Of a stretch of 64,000 bases of DNA, positions 50,422 to 61,489 are shown in pieces. The stretch spans positions 40,114,001 through 40,178,000 of the forward strand of contig NC_043002.1 of assembly GCF_006345805.1 (NCBI RefSeq), given 5' to 3'. The first letter of the stretch is position 1. Every line of letters begins with the position of its first letter. This DNA is from Octopus sinensis (Eukaryota). The position numbers and the translations under genes were made by a program. A model generated the notes under the pieces. It saw only the letters and a program-made list of their open reading frames with translations. It did not search any database and was not told where the DNA came from.

Positions 50422-50714
50422 GAAAACAATTGCAGCATGGAAGGTGTTTGTAAGCCATTTAAGAAACACACAAAAGCCGTTCGATTCACTTCAACATTTA
50501 AGTTTAATTTGTCAAAATATTTTTGTCGCTTTAAGACCGCGACCTGTTCACTTACCAAAATCCGTGCTGCATCGGATTTTTGTCAGTGAACAGGTCGCGG
50601 ATTTTAGCAACGAAAATATTTTGACAAATTAAACTTAAATGTTGAAGTGAATCGAACGGCTTTTGTGTGTTTCTTAAATGGCTTACAAACACCTTCCACG
50701 CTGCAATTGTTTTC
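50422..50714. repeat. 293-bp near-perfect palindrome (fold-back)
   Basis: ~142-bp arms with an 8-nt loop TGCTGCAT at 50565-50572 and a few mismatches. Confidence 0.97.
50579..50628 (+). ncRNA. Candidate minimal type-I hammerhead ribozyme (G3-C8 core)
   Basis: TTTGTCA-GTGAACA-G-GTCGC-GGATTTTA-GCAAC-GAAA-ATAT-TT-TGACAAA. The mirror copy on the minus strand has a perfect stem II but G12A. Confidence 0.6.
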
Positions 50715-51080
50715 TTTTACTTGTTTCAGTCATTTCACTGTGGCCATGCTGGGTGATGCCTTGAAGAACTTTTAGTTACTGGTACTTATACTGTCAGGTT
50801 TTTTTGCCAAACTGCTAAGTTACGGGGATGTAAGCACACCAACACCAGTTATCAAGGAATGTCAGGGTACAAAGACAGACATAAATACACACACCCATAG
50901 ATATATTAATATATATACATGTACTAAGGGCTTCTTTCAGTTTCCATTTACCAAACCCACTCACAAGGTTTTTGTTGGCCCAAGACTCTAGTAGAAGACA
51001 CTTGCTCAAGGTGCCATGCAGTGGGATTGAATCCAGAACCATGTAGCTAGAAAGCAGACTTCTTACCACATGGCCACACC
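50715..51080 (-). mobile_element. SINE family A
   Basis: Reverse complement of family A, abutting the palindrome. Confidence 0.75.
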
Positions 51081-51927
51081 TGGCTAACAATCGAAATGAT
51101 ACCTGTAGCAGGATAAATAAAAGGGTATCAAGGCTGAATTGCAGTGAGAGAGAGATGATATGTGGAAGCAGATGATATGAGGAGATAGGGTGAGATGCCC
51201 ATTTATTCATATATATATATATATATATATGGTAAGAATCTCTCAAGAGAGCTAAACAGCTGAAGGTCTTCAGAGGAAAAAAACCAACTGAGGCAAGAGT
51301 TCCAGCCTTTAACTTTTTACACTCTAAGGGAGGCTGGATCAGGCAGCATCAAAGTCATTGTTCCTGGGTGCCTCTTCTACTGACATTTTTTAGCCACTTG
51401 GATATCAGAGGCTTGTGCATTTAAACCACTGGAGATTTAATCTAGTTGGAACTCCTACAATTTGTAGATATGTGTGTGTGTTTGTTTTGCAAGATCCCTG
51501 ATGTGAAATCATGTGTAGGAACAGATATTGTTATATTTGAGGATGGTAATTATTTTTTTCCAAGTAAAGACATGCACTCTATATTGAGTCTTTACTTCGG
51601 ATTTATTTTTGCTTCTATTTTATTCCTTTGTCTGGAAATTTTTCGTCACACTTCCTGTGACCTCTTCAGTGTCTCTCCATCCCATGTGCCCCTTCCTGTT
51701 CTGTTTAGTCCATTCTGTCTTTCTAAAATCATAAATAATAAATCAGAAGTAAAGAAGGAATATATAGAGCATCATGTTTATTTGGCAAGAGAAAACAATA
51801 ATGACCATCCCAAAATATAACAATATGTGTGTGTGTATACACTCATACAAAGTGCTGAAGTAGGCCTTGAGAACCACACATCACCAGTCAGTCATTCTGA
51901 TCATTTGTCATATCCTCTTTAGGATCT

Positions 51928-51961
<34 letters not shown>

Positions 51962-52226
51962 CATACACAGTGCTGAAGTAGGTCTTCTTGAGAGCCACAC
52001 ATCACCAGTCAGTCATCCTGATCTTTTGTTATATCCTCCTTAGGATCTCATATATATATATATATATATATACACTCTTTTACTTGTTTCAGTCATTTGA
52101 CTGCAGCCATGCTGGAGCACCGCCTTCTGTCGTTCTCTTTTTGCTGAACCACTAAGTTATGGGGACGTAAACACACCAGCATCAGTTGTCAAGTGATGTT
52201 GGGGGGGACAAATACACACACACACA

Positions 52227-52294
<68 letters not shown>

Positions 52295-52427
52295 CATAAA
52301 TATGACAGGCTTCTTTCAGTTTCCATCACAAAGCTTTGGTCAGCCCTAGGCTATAGTAAAAGACACTTGCCCAAGGTGCCACACAGTAGCCATTCCTGAT
52401 AAATAACATAATATATATATATATACA

Positions 52428-53128
52428 TGCATATATGGGTAAAGGACGTCACCAACTGTTCAAACAACATGAAATACGGAAACAAATTAGTTAAATACGT
52501 AAACAACAAGAGAAAATGGAAAACAGGATAGGTAAACACAGAGAAAGGACCCTTCATCAGTTGGTGGCTGTCTATCTACTCTTCATTTCGTGCATTCAGT
52601 GACAGTATGAGTCTTCAAAGACAGTTGCTCCCATTAATTCTAAAATAATATTTAGGATTTATGGAGAGTCAAAGTTGGGAACATAAACATGACAATGGAG
52701 ACATACAAGGAAACCAAATGGAAACAAACATGGAGGGTCATTAGACCAGAATGAGAGGAAAATAGTGAATGCTGGGGGGAAACATTCTTTTTTTGGAAAG
52801 AGAAAAGATAGAAGAAACATGGACGATGGTCATGTGTGAGCAATGACAGAGAGGGAAAAGAGAAAGAGGAGAATAGAGAGACAGACAGACAGAAAACTGA
52901 AGGAGGGAGGGGTAGGACCCTCCATAAATCCTAAATTCTTTTTAGTATTTATGGGAGCAACTGTCTTTGAAGACTCATATTGTTGTTGAATACTTGAAAT
53001 GAAGGGTCTTTTCTCTGTGCGTACTTGTCTTGTTTCCCATATTTTCTTGTTGTTTATGTATTTAACTCATTTGTTTACGTATTCCATGTTGTTTGTACCG
53101 TTGGTGGCATCCTGTACCCATATATGCA
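52428..53128. mobile_element. PLE-like terminal repeat (minus, 52428-52915) with adjacent inverted partial copy (plus, 52920-53128)
   Basis: CTCCATAAATCCTAAAT...GGGAGCAACTGTCTTTGAAGACTCAT...TACCCATATATGC is present on both strands. A related 3' end is at 3800-3970. Confidence 0.6.
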
Positions 53129-53204
53129 AGTATATGTGTGTGTGTTTGTATATATATATACACACACACACATAAACATTTATATTTACACACACACACA
53201 CACT

Positions 53205-53239
<35 letters not shown>

Positions 53240-53619
53240 GTATGTATGTATATATATTAGAGAGAGAAAAACTTACAAACTTAGCTTGCACTTGTTTATG
53301 ATATGTTAAAACTTGTATAACAAAACTTAAAGTTAATTATGGATATGACAATACCACAATTACTAGTTGAAGAAAGTAGATGTTAGGACATATTTGGGTT
53401 TTTAATATAGCTATGATAAATATTTGTTCTCTGATATAGAGATCAATGACCTAGTGTAATATTAATTACTGCACAATCTCAACTTCTTCATTTGCAAATA
53501 CTTCTACAGTTGATGATGCCCTCCTGATGTGTTCAATATCAATCCCATGTCTTTCTTTTCTGATTTTCCATACTAGCTGCAGGCATAGTTGTGTGGTTAA
53601 GAAGTTTGCTTCCCAGTCA

Positions 53620-54310
53620 CATCATCATCATCATCATCATTGTTGTTTAACGTCTGCTTTCCATGCTGGCATGGATTGGATGGTTTGACTGAGGGCTGGC
53701 AAGCCAGAAGGTTGTACCAGGCCCCAATCCAATCTGGCAAAATTTCTACAGCTGGATGCCCTTCCTAACGCCTACCACTCCAAGAGTGTAGTGGGTGAGT
53801 TTTACATGCCACTGGCACGAGGGCCAGTCAGGCGGTGCTGGCATCAACCACACTTGAATGGTGCTTTTAAAGTACCACTGGCACAGGTGCCAATCAGATG
53901 GTACTGTCATTGGCCACGACAACAATTTTACTTGCCTCAACAGGTCTTTGCAAGCGCAGTTTATTGCCCAGTGATTGAAGAGTACTCTTAAATGGGCTGG
54001 TTATGCTGCACTGGCATAGTCCACAGTCACGGTATCACTTGGCTTGCTAGGTCTTCTCAAGCACAGCATATCTCCAAAGGTCTCAGTTATTTGTCATTGC
54101 TTCAGTAAGGCCTAATGTTCGAAAGTGATGCTTCACCACCTCATCCCAGGTCTTCCTGGGTCTGCTTCTTCCACAGATTACCTCTACTGCTAAGGTGTGA
54201 CACTTTTTCACACAGCTGTCCTCATCTGTTGACAATACATGACCATACCAGTGCAGTCATCTCTCTTGCACACCACACCTGATGCTTCTTAAGTCCAACT
54301 TTTCTCTCAT
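53620..54310 (-). mobile_element. RTE LINE 3' end inserted in a SINE-A head
   Basis: Minus strand REKLDLRSIRCGVQER.LHWYGHV... plus the family tail and (GAT)n. Confidence 0.88.
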
Positions 54311-55352
54311 GGTTATTTCTGAAAACTTTATCCAAAAAACCTGAAAGCATAGCATGTGTTGTATCTGTATGAAAAGATTGTCGCTCATCTGCTACTCATT
54401 GAAAAGTGAAGGAAATTGGAATATGATGATTACTTTATGCACTTTATATACTTTATGCACAATTTTATAGACTTAATACACAGTACTCATAAAATAAATA
54501 TTCACCCTTCCCATAAACACACAAAAAATCCCATGCATATGATGCAACCTTTAGTTAAATTGCATATATGTGCCACGTTAAATAAGCTTGAATATTTTAC
54601 GGAATTGCACTTGTGCGCATGAATTAAGTGATAGGCAATATAAAAAACTTGGTTCAGTTTTTAAAAAAATACACTTTTCACTATCCAATCACCACTACTT
54701 CCACCACCATCCTCATCTTGCTCTCCCCCTCTCTTCCTCTCCCCAACAGAACATCACCACTTATATTTTTAACTCTCCTTCTCTACCTTCAGCTAACTTT
54801 TTCAATCACGTAATATATATTATGCTACCCCACCTCACATCATGGATGCTTCTTTCTCCTTTCTGTCTCACTCTTCACCTTGTCCTTTTTTTCTCTTTTT
54901 TTCTTTCTCCTCTCTTTCCCTTCAACTAATCCTGCGAAAGTGTTACAATTGCATTCCCTCTACCTCACATAATGAATGCTTCTCTCTCCCTCTTCTTTTC
55001 TAATCCCGTGAAAGCATTACCAACAGGCTAAGGAGCACAATGACAGGCAGAATTATAAGATTAAGGCTATGAGCTGGCTGAATCATTTGCATACTGGATG
55101 AACTACTTGGCAGTATTTTGCCTGCCGCTACATTCTGAGTTCAAATTCCACAGAGGTCAACTTTGCCTTTCATTCTTTCGGGATTGATAAATTAAGTACC
55201 TGTGAAACACTGGGGTCGATGAAATCAACTAGTCCCCTCTCCCAAAATTTCAGGCCTTGTGCCTATAGTAGAAAATATTATTATTGTTATCATTATTATA
55301 ACAAAAGACGCTTGCTGAAAGTGCCACACAGTGAGGCTGAAACTCTTGCATA

Positions 55353-56065
55353 GGCGTAGGAGTGGCTGTGTGGTAAGTAGCTTGCTTACCAGCCACATGG
55401 TTCCGGGTTCAGTCCCACTGTGTGGCACTTTGGGCAAGTGTCTTCTACTATAGCCTTGGGCCGACCAAAACCTTGTGAGTGCATTTGGTAGACGGAAACT
55501 GAAAGAAGCCCGTTGTATATATGTATATACTAGCAGTATCGCCCGGCGTTGCTCAGGTTTGTAAGGGAAATAACTATAAAGCATTTTTAGAGAGTTATAG
55601 CCAAAAAATAGCAAAAAAATGATGGTAAATTTTTTTTGAGAGTTAAAAAAGGTGGAGTTGCGTCCCCTAGACGGTCTGTGGTTTGGGTTTCTGATTCTCG
55701 ATCCCATGTCGAATTTATCGATTTTTTTCAGAACTGGGGGAACTTTTCAAAATTTTCGCTGCGTTAGTTTTGAATTATGACATTGGGCTATGTGTGTGTC
55801 AAGTTTCATCAGAATCGGTTGAAAGCCGTGGTCAGAGTGAGGGTACGAGAAAACAGACACACAGAAAACGCACAGACAAACTGCCGTTTATATAGAGAGA
55901 GATATATATATATGTGTGTGTATGTGTTTGTGTGCTGTGTTTGTCCCCCCAACCAGTAGAATAAGTACTAGGCTTACAAAGAATAAGTCCTGGGGTCGAT
56001 TTGCTCAACTGAAGGCGGTGCTCCAGCATGGCCGCAGTCAAATGACTGAAACAAGTAAAAGAATA
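55353..56065 (+). mobile_element. SINE family A split by a Helitron
   Basis: Head at 55353, tail resumes after 55903. Confidence 0.85.
55530..55902 (-). mobile_element. Non-autonomous Helitron, copy 1
   Basis: Minus strand A|TC ... CCTGAGCAACGCCGGG-CGATACTG-CTAG|T, no TSD. Confidence 0.85.
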
Positions 56066-56491
56066 GAAGAAAAGAATAACCACACTACCATGCCAGCAAC
56101 ATAATGACAGGATACATAATAAAGCTGGCCATTTGAATTATTACTGACCATTCAACAGGCTTTCATACAGTTTCCCTCTACACAGTTGCACTCACATGGC
56201 TCCAGTTGACCTGAGGTTATGAAGTGGGATTAAACCTAGACCTCACGAGCATCAACTATTTAACCACACTGGCATACACAAGCACACTCATTTGGGTCTC
56301 GGAGTATGTGTAAGGGAGAGGCATGTGCATTGCAGTGAAATAGAACTTTAATAACTGAATATCACTACTAAATTCATCGAGTTCTTGTCATTTGTCGATA
56401 CAAAATTATATTTGTGTGTGTATTATTATGGTTTCACACTGGTATGAATTGTGCAGGCTCAGCTTTGAATGAATAATGTTTTATATATATA

Positions 56492-56830
56492 TCATCATCA
56501 TCATCATCATTTAACGTCCGCTTTCCATGCTAGCATGGGTTGGACGGTTCAACTGGGGTCTGGGGAGCCCGAAGGCTGCACCAGGCCAGTCAGATCTGGC
56601 AGTGTTTCTACAGCTGGATGCCCTTCCTAACGCCAACCACTCCGAGAGTGTAGTGGGTGATTTTATGTGCCACCGACACAGGTGCCAGACGAGGCTGGCG
56701 AACGGCCACGCTCGGATGGTGTTTTTATGTGCCACCGACACAGGTGCCAGACGAAGCTGGCGAACGGCCACGCTCGGATGGTGTTTTTATGTGCCACCGA
56801 CACAGGTGCCAGACAAGGCTAGCAAGGTTA
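56492..56830 (-). mobile_element. RTE-LINE 3' UTR tail with 3 internal units
   Basis: Near-identical to 4262-4545. Confidence 0.85.
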
Positions 56831-56905
56831 AATAGTACATCCTACACTCCACTCCTTTACCCAATGTAATACAATGTGGGGCATCAAAAGATACAAGCCA
56901 TGTAA

Positions 56906-57401
56906 TCTATATATATAAAACTGTAGTTGTGTGAGTGTCTGTCCCCTTCAATTTAGATTCCTAACTACTCCCACATTTTGCGGTGCAGTTTAACCAAATT
57001 CGGGTATCTTATAGTCGTGATTCATATTGAGCCCGTCTGGGTATTAGCGCGCGTCTACGATTTTAAAAATAATTTAACATCATTTTTTATTCCATTTTAA
57101 TGCATAATTTTTCGTGTGTCGATGGCGGCGGAGTTGGCGTCCACGCTCACATCTGCACCTGTCTGCTTCTCCCTCGTGAAGCTGTGGGGAAGGGAGTGTA
57201 AGGAAATCAACGTCGTAAAGCATTGTCAAGGAGACCAGCATTCTTTTAGAACAACGACTTCATGGCTTGAAGACACTGAGTCAACGATTTAAAAAAAAAA
57301 TTACCATCACTTTTTAATGCATTTTTTTGCTATAACTCTCTAAAAATGCTTATATAGTTATTTCCCTTACAAACCCGAGCAACGCCGGGCGATACTGCTA
57401 G
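56906..57401 (+). mobile_element. Non-autonomous Helitron, copy 2
   Basis: A|TCTATATATATAAAA ... CCCGAGCAACGCCGGG hairpin, CTAG|T at 57398-57402. Confidence 0.9.
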
Positions 57402-57589
57402 TAGTATAATAATAAAATACAGAAAACGTATATGGTATTTTATGCTTTATAAAACATACACGTGTTTCTTTAAACTAGCTGCCAAGATTACATAATTGCT
57501 TGTTGAAACATATATAATCTTGATATATCTCTTCAATGTTTAGCATACAATTTCTGCAATTTATCAATACTGTTTGTGTGCATGTATAT

Positions 57590-57624
<35 letters not shown>

Positions 57625-57892
57625 GCCTTCATTTATTTTGTGGGACATATGTAAATGCTGAATAGCAAGTTCAATAGTATTAAATTTTCCATCCTCAGTT
57701 TTGTTCAGTCAGAGTAGCCTGTCTAATTAATCAAGAAACTGAATGAATGAAATCATAATATGAAAATGTAATCCTATTAATTTGTATTTGAATGAATATG
57801 TATTTGTATTTGTCTACAAACTATGCATAACTATGTATGTGTATAAAATACTTATGTTTTCATAATTAACTCCTTATAATAATTACTTACAG

Positions 57893-57965
57893 AAACCCAT
57901 CACGAGTCCGTCATGCAATCCATGAATTACTAAATACACCACAGAATAACTTAAAAATATGTAAG
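57893..57965 (+). CDS. IPPK: IPPK coding exon 8 (NPSRVRHAIHELLNTPQNNLKICK)
   Basis: ttacag in phase 2 / gtgagt, 73 nt. Contains the QNNLKI motif. Confidence 0.95.
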
Positions 57966-58294
57966 GTGAGTTCATTTTTTTGATAATTATTTTCTGAATG
58001 CTTGATCTTCAATGCTTTGTTGAATTTATAATAAATACTTCTCAAATATTATCTTTTGTTGTATCTCTATATCTCTTTCTATCTATCAGTCTTCCTTTTC
58101 TCTGTCTTTCCATGCACACACACATATATATATATGAGCTTATTGTATACAGCACTCAGTTGCACTACTTCTCAGAAAAGGGTAAAAGAGAAGACAGAAA
58201 GCAGCAACAAGTAAAGAAAGACAGCAATGATAACCAAAAATGTATGCATAGCACACAGTATAACACACACACACACATATATATACATATTCTT

Positions 58295-58665
58295 TTATTT
58301 GTTTCAGTCATTTGACTGTGGCCATGCTGGTGCACTGCCTTTAGTTGAGCAAATTGAACCCAGAACTTATTCTTTGTAAGCCTAGTACTTATTCTGTAGG
58401 TCTCTTTTGCTGAACCACTAAGTTACAGGGACTTAAACATACCATTGGTTGTTAAGTGATGTTGCGGGGACAAACACACACACACACATATATATATATG
58501 TACGACGGGCTTCTTTCAGTTTCCATCTACCAGATCCACTCACAAGGCTTTGGTCAACCCAACACTATAGTAGAAGACACTTGCCCAAGGTGCCACACAG
58601 TGGGACTGAACCTGAAACCATGTGGTTGGTAAGGAAGCTACTTACCACACAGCCACTCCTGCACC
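58295..58665 (-). mobile_element. SINE family A
   Basis: Reverse complement of 16292-16673. Confidence 0.85.
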
Positions 58666-59331
58666 TTTATATATATTATGTGAAACATGTCATCAAGCTG
58701 TGGAAAAATATTACCTTACTTGTAGGTAGCAAAAGGAAGGGCACCCAGCCATAGAAAATCTGCATCAACAAATTCCTTCCAATCCATGCAAGCACATAGA
58801 TGACAAGGAAAGGTGCAAAAATAGTGAAGTAAAATCTCTCTCTCTCTCACTCACTCACAGTAGGCTTGCAATGATCTAGTGAGTGGGTACCATTCAAATG
58901 TGTGTGTTAATTTAGCAGATCATAGTATATGTCAGTTGTATGTCTAACATATGGAGAGATTTTGTTAAAATAGCTATCAAAAATATTTGTCTTGATGCTA
59001 TAAACAATTGAGTGAAATGATCTTAAGTATTTAGCATCCGCTATTTCAAAAGTTAGATAACAATTATGAAAAATTGCCTTTTTTTTTTTTGCTGCCACTG
59101 TAGCAACAAAGACATTTTGTTATGGTGATTGTAGTTATGTGCCTTTATGGTCATGAGTTCAAATCCCACTGAAGTTGACTTTAGTTTTTCATCTTTCCTG
59201 AATCAATAAAATAAAATACCGTTCAAGCACTGGGTCAATTTAATCAAATTGATTTCCTATGCTGTATCAATGTAAAAACCAGGTCAAATTAGCCACTTAA
59301 AACAACTTGTGAAACTCATTTTATATTTCAG

Positions 59332-59435
59332 AATGGAGTAGAAGTTTATAGTGAATATGTAAAAGAAGATCTTTCAGAAATTTTAGGAGATTTTTTAGGT
59401 GAACAAGTTCAAAATGCTGAAAATGCTAATATGAG
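59332..59435 (+). CDS. IPPK: IPPK coding exon 9 (NGVEVYSEYVKEDLSEILGDFLGEQVQNAENANM)
   Basis: tttcag / AG|gtgaat, 104 nt ending in phase 2. NGVEVY matches NGELIY, and the phase fits exon 10. Confidence 0.88.
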
Positions 59436-60303
59436 GTGAATATTTATATTTGTTTTTCTATGAATTATTTTATCAACTTGTTAACATTGTGCAATATTTA
59501 AAATGAATAAATACCAGAACATAACATTAACTGTCTATGAAACAGACTAATTTTATTTTCAAAATAATCAAGATTTTAGATGAGCTTTGTAAAATATTTA
59601 TAAGTACTACAAGATTATGTCCCAACACTTTGTTTTTTTCTTTTGTTACATTAACAACCTGTTTGCCATCACCTCTTCACAGTCTATTCCATGTGGATGA
59701 TGGTATTCTTCACTTGTCGTTAACATATATACATAGGCAATTATTCATAGACAACCTTGACACCTCACAGTCAGACCTGTGCTGCTTCTATAAACAGAGA
59801 CCTTGAAAATACCTCCAGTGGAGACATGACAGTCTAACACAATGAAACAACTCTGTTCATATTATGAGAAATAATTTTGTACTTCATCCTCTCTTGTGTT
59901 GGACAAACAACAATTAAAATATAATTAGAGTTGCTGCTACACTATTCTTTCTGCTGTGTTTGTTGTAATCTGACCTTTCTTGACCACATCACATACTTAA
60001 TGGTGCAAAAGTTACACCCCAAAGACTAGCATTACTGTACAGAACTAAAGGTGAATTAAGACTCACATCAAAGTATTACTCTCACATTTGTGAACTTACT
60101 GAAGTTTCTAGCATGAGGTTTTTAGCTGCTTTAATTTACAACTGGACTCATATCTCTACCTCTATGTTGGTTTGAACTCCTGTGAGCAAAACAGTGTAAA
60201 ACGTGACCACTATAAAATGTTAATGGAAACTAATCTACAAAGTTATAAGGTGGCTTTGACATAGATCTATGTCAGCAATGATAGATATGACTATATAGCT
60301 GTT

Positions 60304-60532
60304 TTAATCTTTTAGCATTTAAACCAACCATATCTGGCCAAAATATTCTACCTGTTTTATGTTCAAATCAGCTAGATCTTGGCCTCTTATACCTATGCAT
60401 TAATGTTATTCTTAAAATAAGCAATCACATCATCAAAATCTCAGAGCAACAAGGTAATGCATGATTAATTCAAAACAATATGAATAAATAAGTATTACAT
60501 TTGATAGAGAAATCTGAATGCTAAAGGGTTAA
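60304..60532. mobile_element. piggyBac-type MITE family 2
   Basis: TTAA-TCTTTTAGCATT ... AATGCTAAAGGG-TTAA. Related to 63572-63791. Confidence 0.8.
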
Positions 60533-60567
60533 TTCAATTACTAATGAGTGCTTTATTCTTCTTTCAG

Positions 60568-60713
60568 TTGTTTAGATGTCTTTATTAACCTTGTTGTTGA
60601 TGCCTTGCACTACCCAATGGATACATGTACTCCAGTACACTATATCTCACAGAAAAGCCAAAACCAATCTCAGCGGTGTCTTAATAGCAGTTACAGAAGT
60701 ACACCAGACGAAG
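60568..60713 (+). CDS. IPPK: IPPK coding exon 10 (SCLDVFINLVVDALHYP...QRCLNSSYRSTPDE)
   Basis: TACTAAT branch-like site at 60539, ctttcag acceptor, G|gtaact donor, 146 nt open in the required phase. Confidence 0.85.
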
Positions 60714-61394
60714 GTAACTAACCAATGTTTTTCAGACAAGTGATCATTAATTTTTGGTAAACTGTCAGTTAATTACTGTATTTTGTGGCATAGGAGACTT
60801 ACTTGGTTTGTTTTAGAAAAAAAAAACTTGAAAATTACCATGCATCTTCCATGATGCTAGTTGAGAAGTTAAACTCTGCTGCAGCTACACTATCCTTGCT
60901 GCTGTGTTTGTTTGTTTACCAATGGCAGTCGTGTGGCAAGACCATGTACTGTGAAATATTGACTTCTCATATCAATAATGTGGAATTTGTTGCTTTTTCA
61001 CACTTTAAGTTTCAGAACTACCAGGCCTTCACTGGTATCATAAAACGTTTTCAGTCCTGTAAGACAAATGTATAAAGGAAACATAAACTAAATTAGGCTA
61101 TCACACTACTGATGTGATTTACCAATGGAAGAAGCAGGAGGGAGAATTCAAAACAGCAAACAAATAAAGCATAATCTTCTTACAATACGAGCAACATGAC
61201 CATGTTTAGTAGAAACTTGAAAACATGAATATTAGACCAAAGAAACTAGGGGTATGGTAAATATTTTATTTTCCTGAGCTGGTAAAAAGCATTCCATGGC
61301 TACCTTTTTTTAGTTCCCCATTACCACTGTCACTGCTATCCATGAGCACAACCTTACCATCTCTGACAAAGCCATAACAAAACGTGAAAAGATA

Positions 61395-61489
61395 TTAACC
61401 TTAAACACACTGTAGGTGCATCATGTCACTGTATGAGTTTTCTCCCCTGTAATAACAGGACAGAGAAAATGCAGTGTGTTAAAGGTTAA
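61395..61489. mobile_element. 95-bp piggyBac-type MITE
   Basis: TTAA-CCTTAAACACACTG ... CAGTGTGTTAAAGG-TTAA. Confidence 0.7.

Noticed and set aside
52545-52630. Hammerhead-like CTGTCT-TTGAAGA...GAAA...AGACAG on the minus strand
   Set aside because: Stem I pairs, but there is no convincing stem II and no NUH next to stem I.
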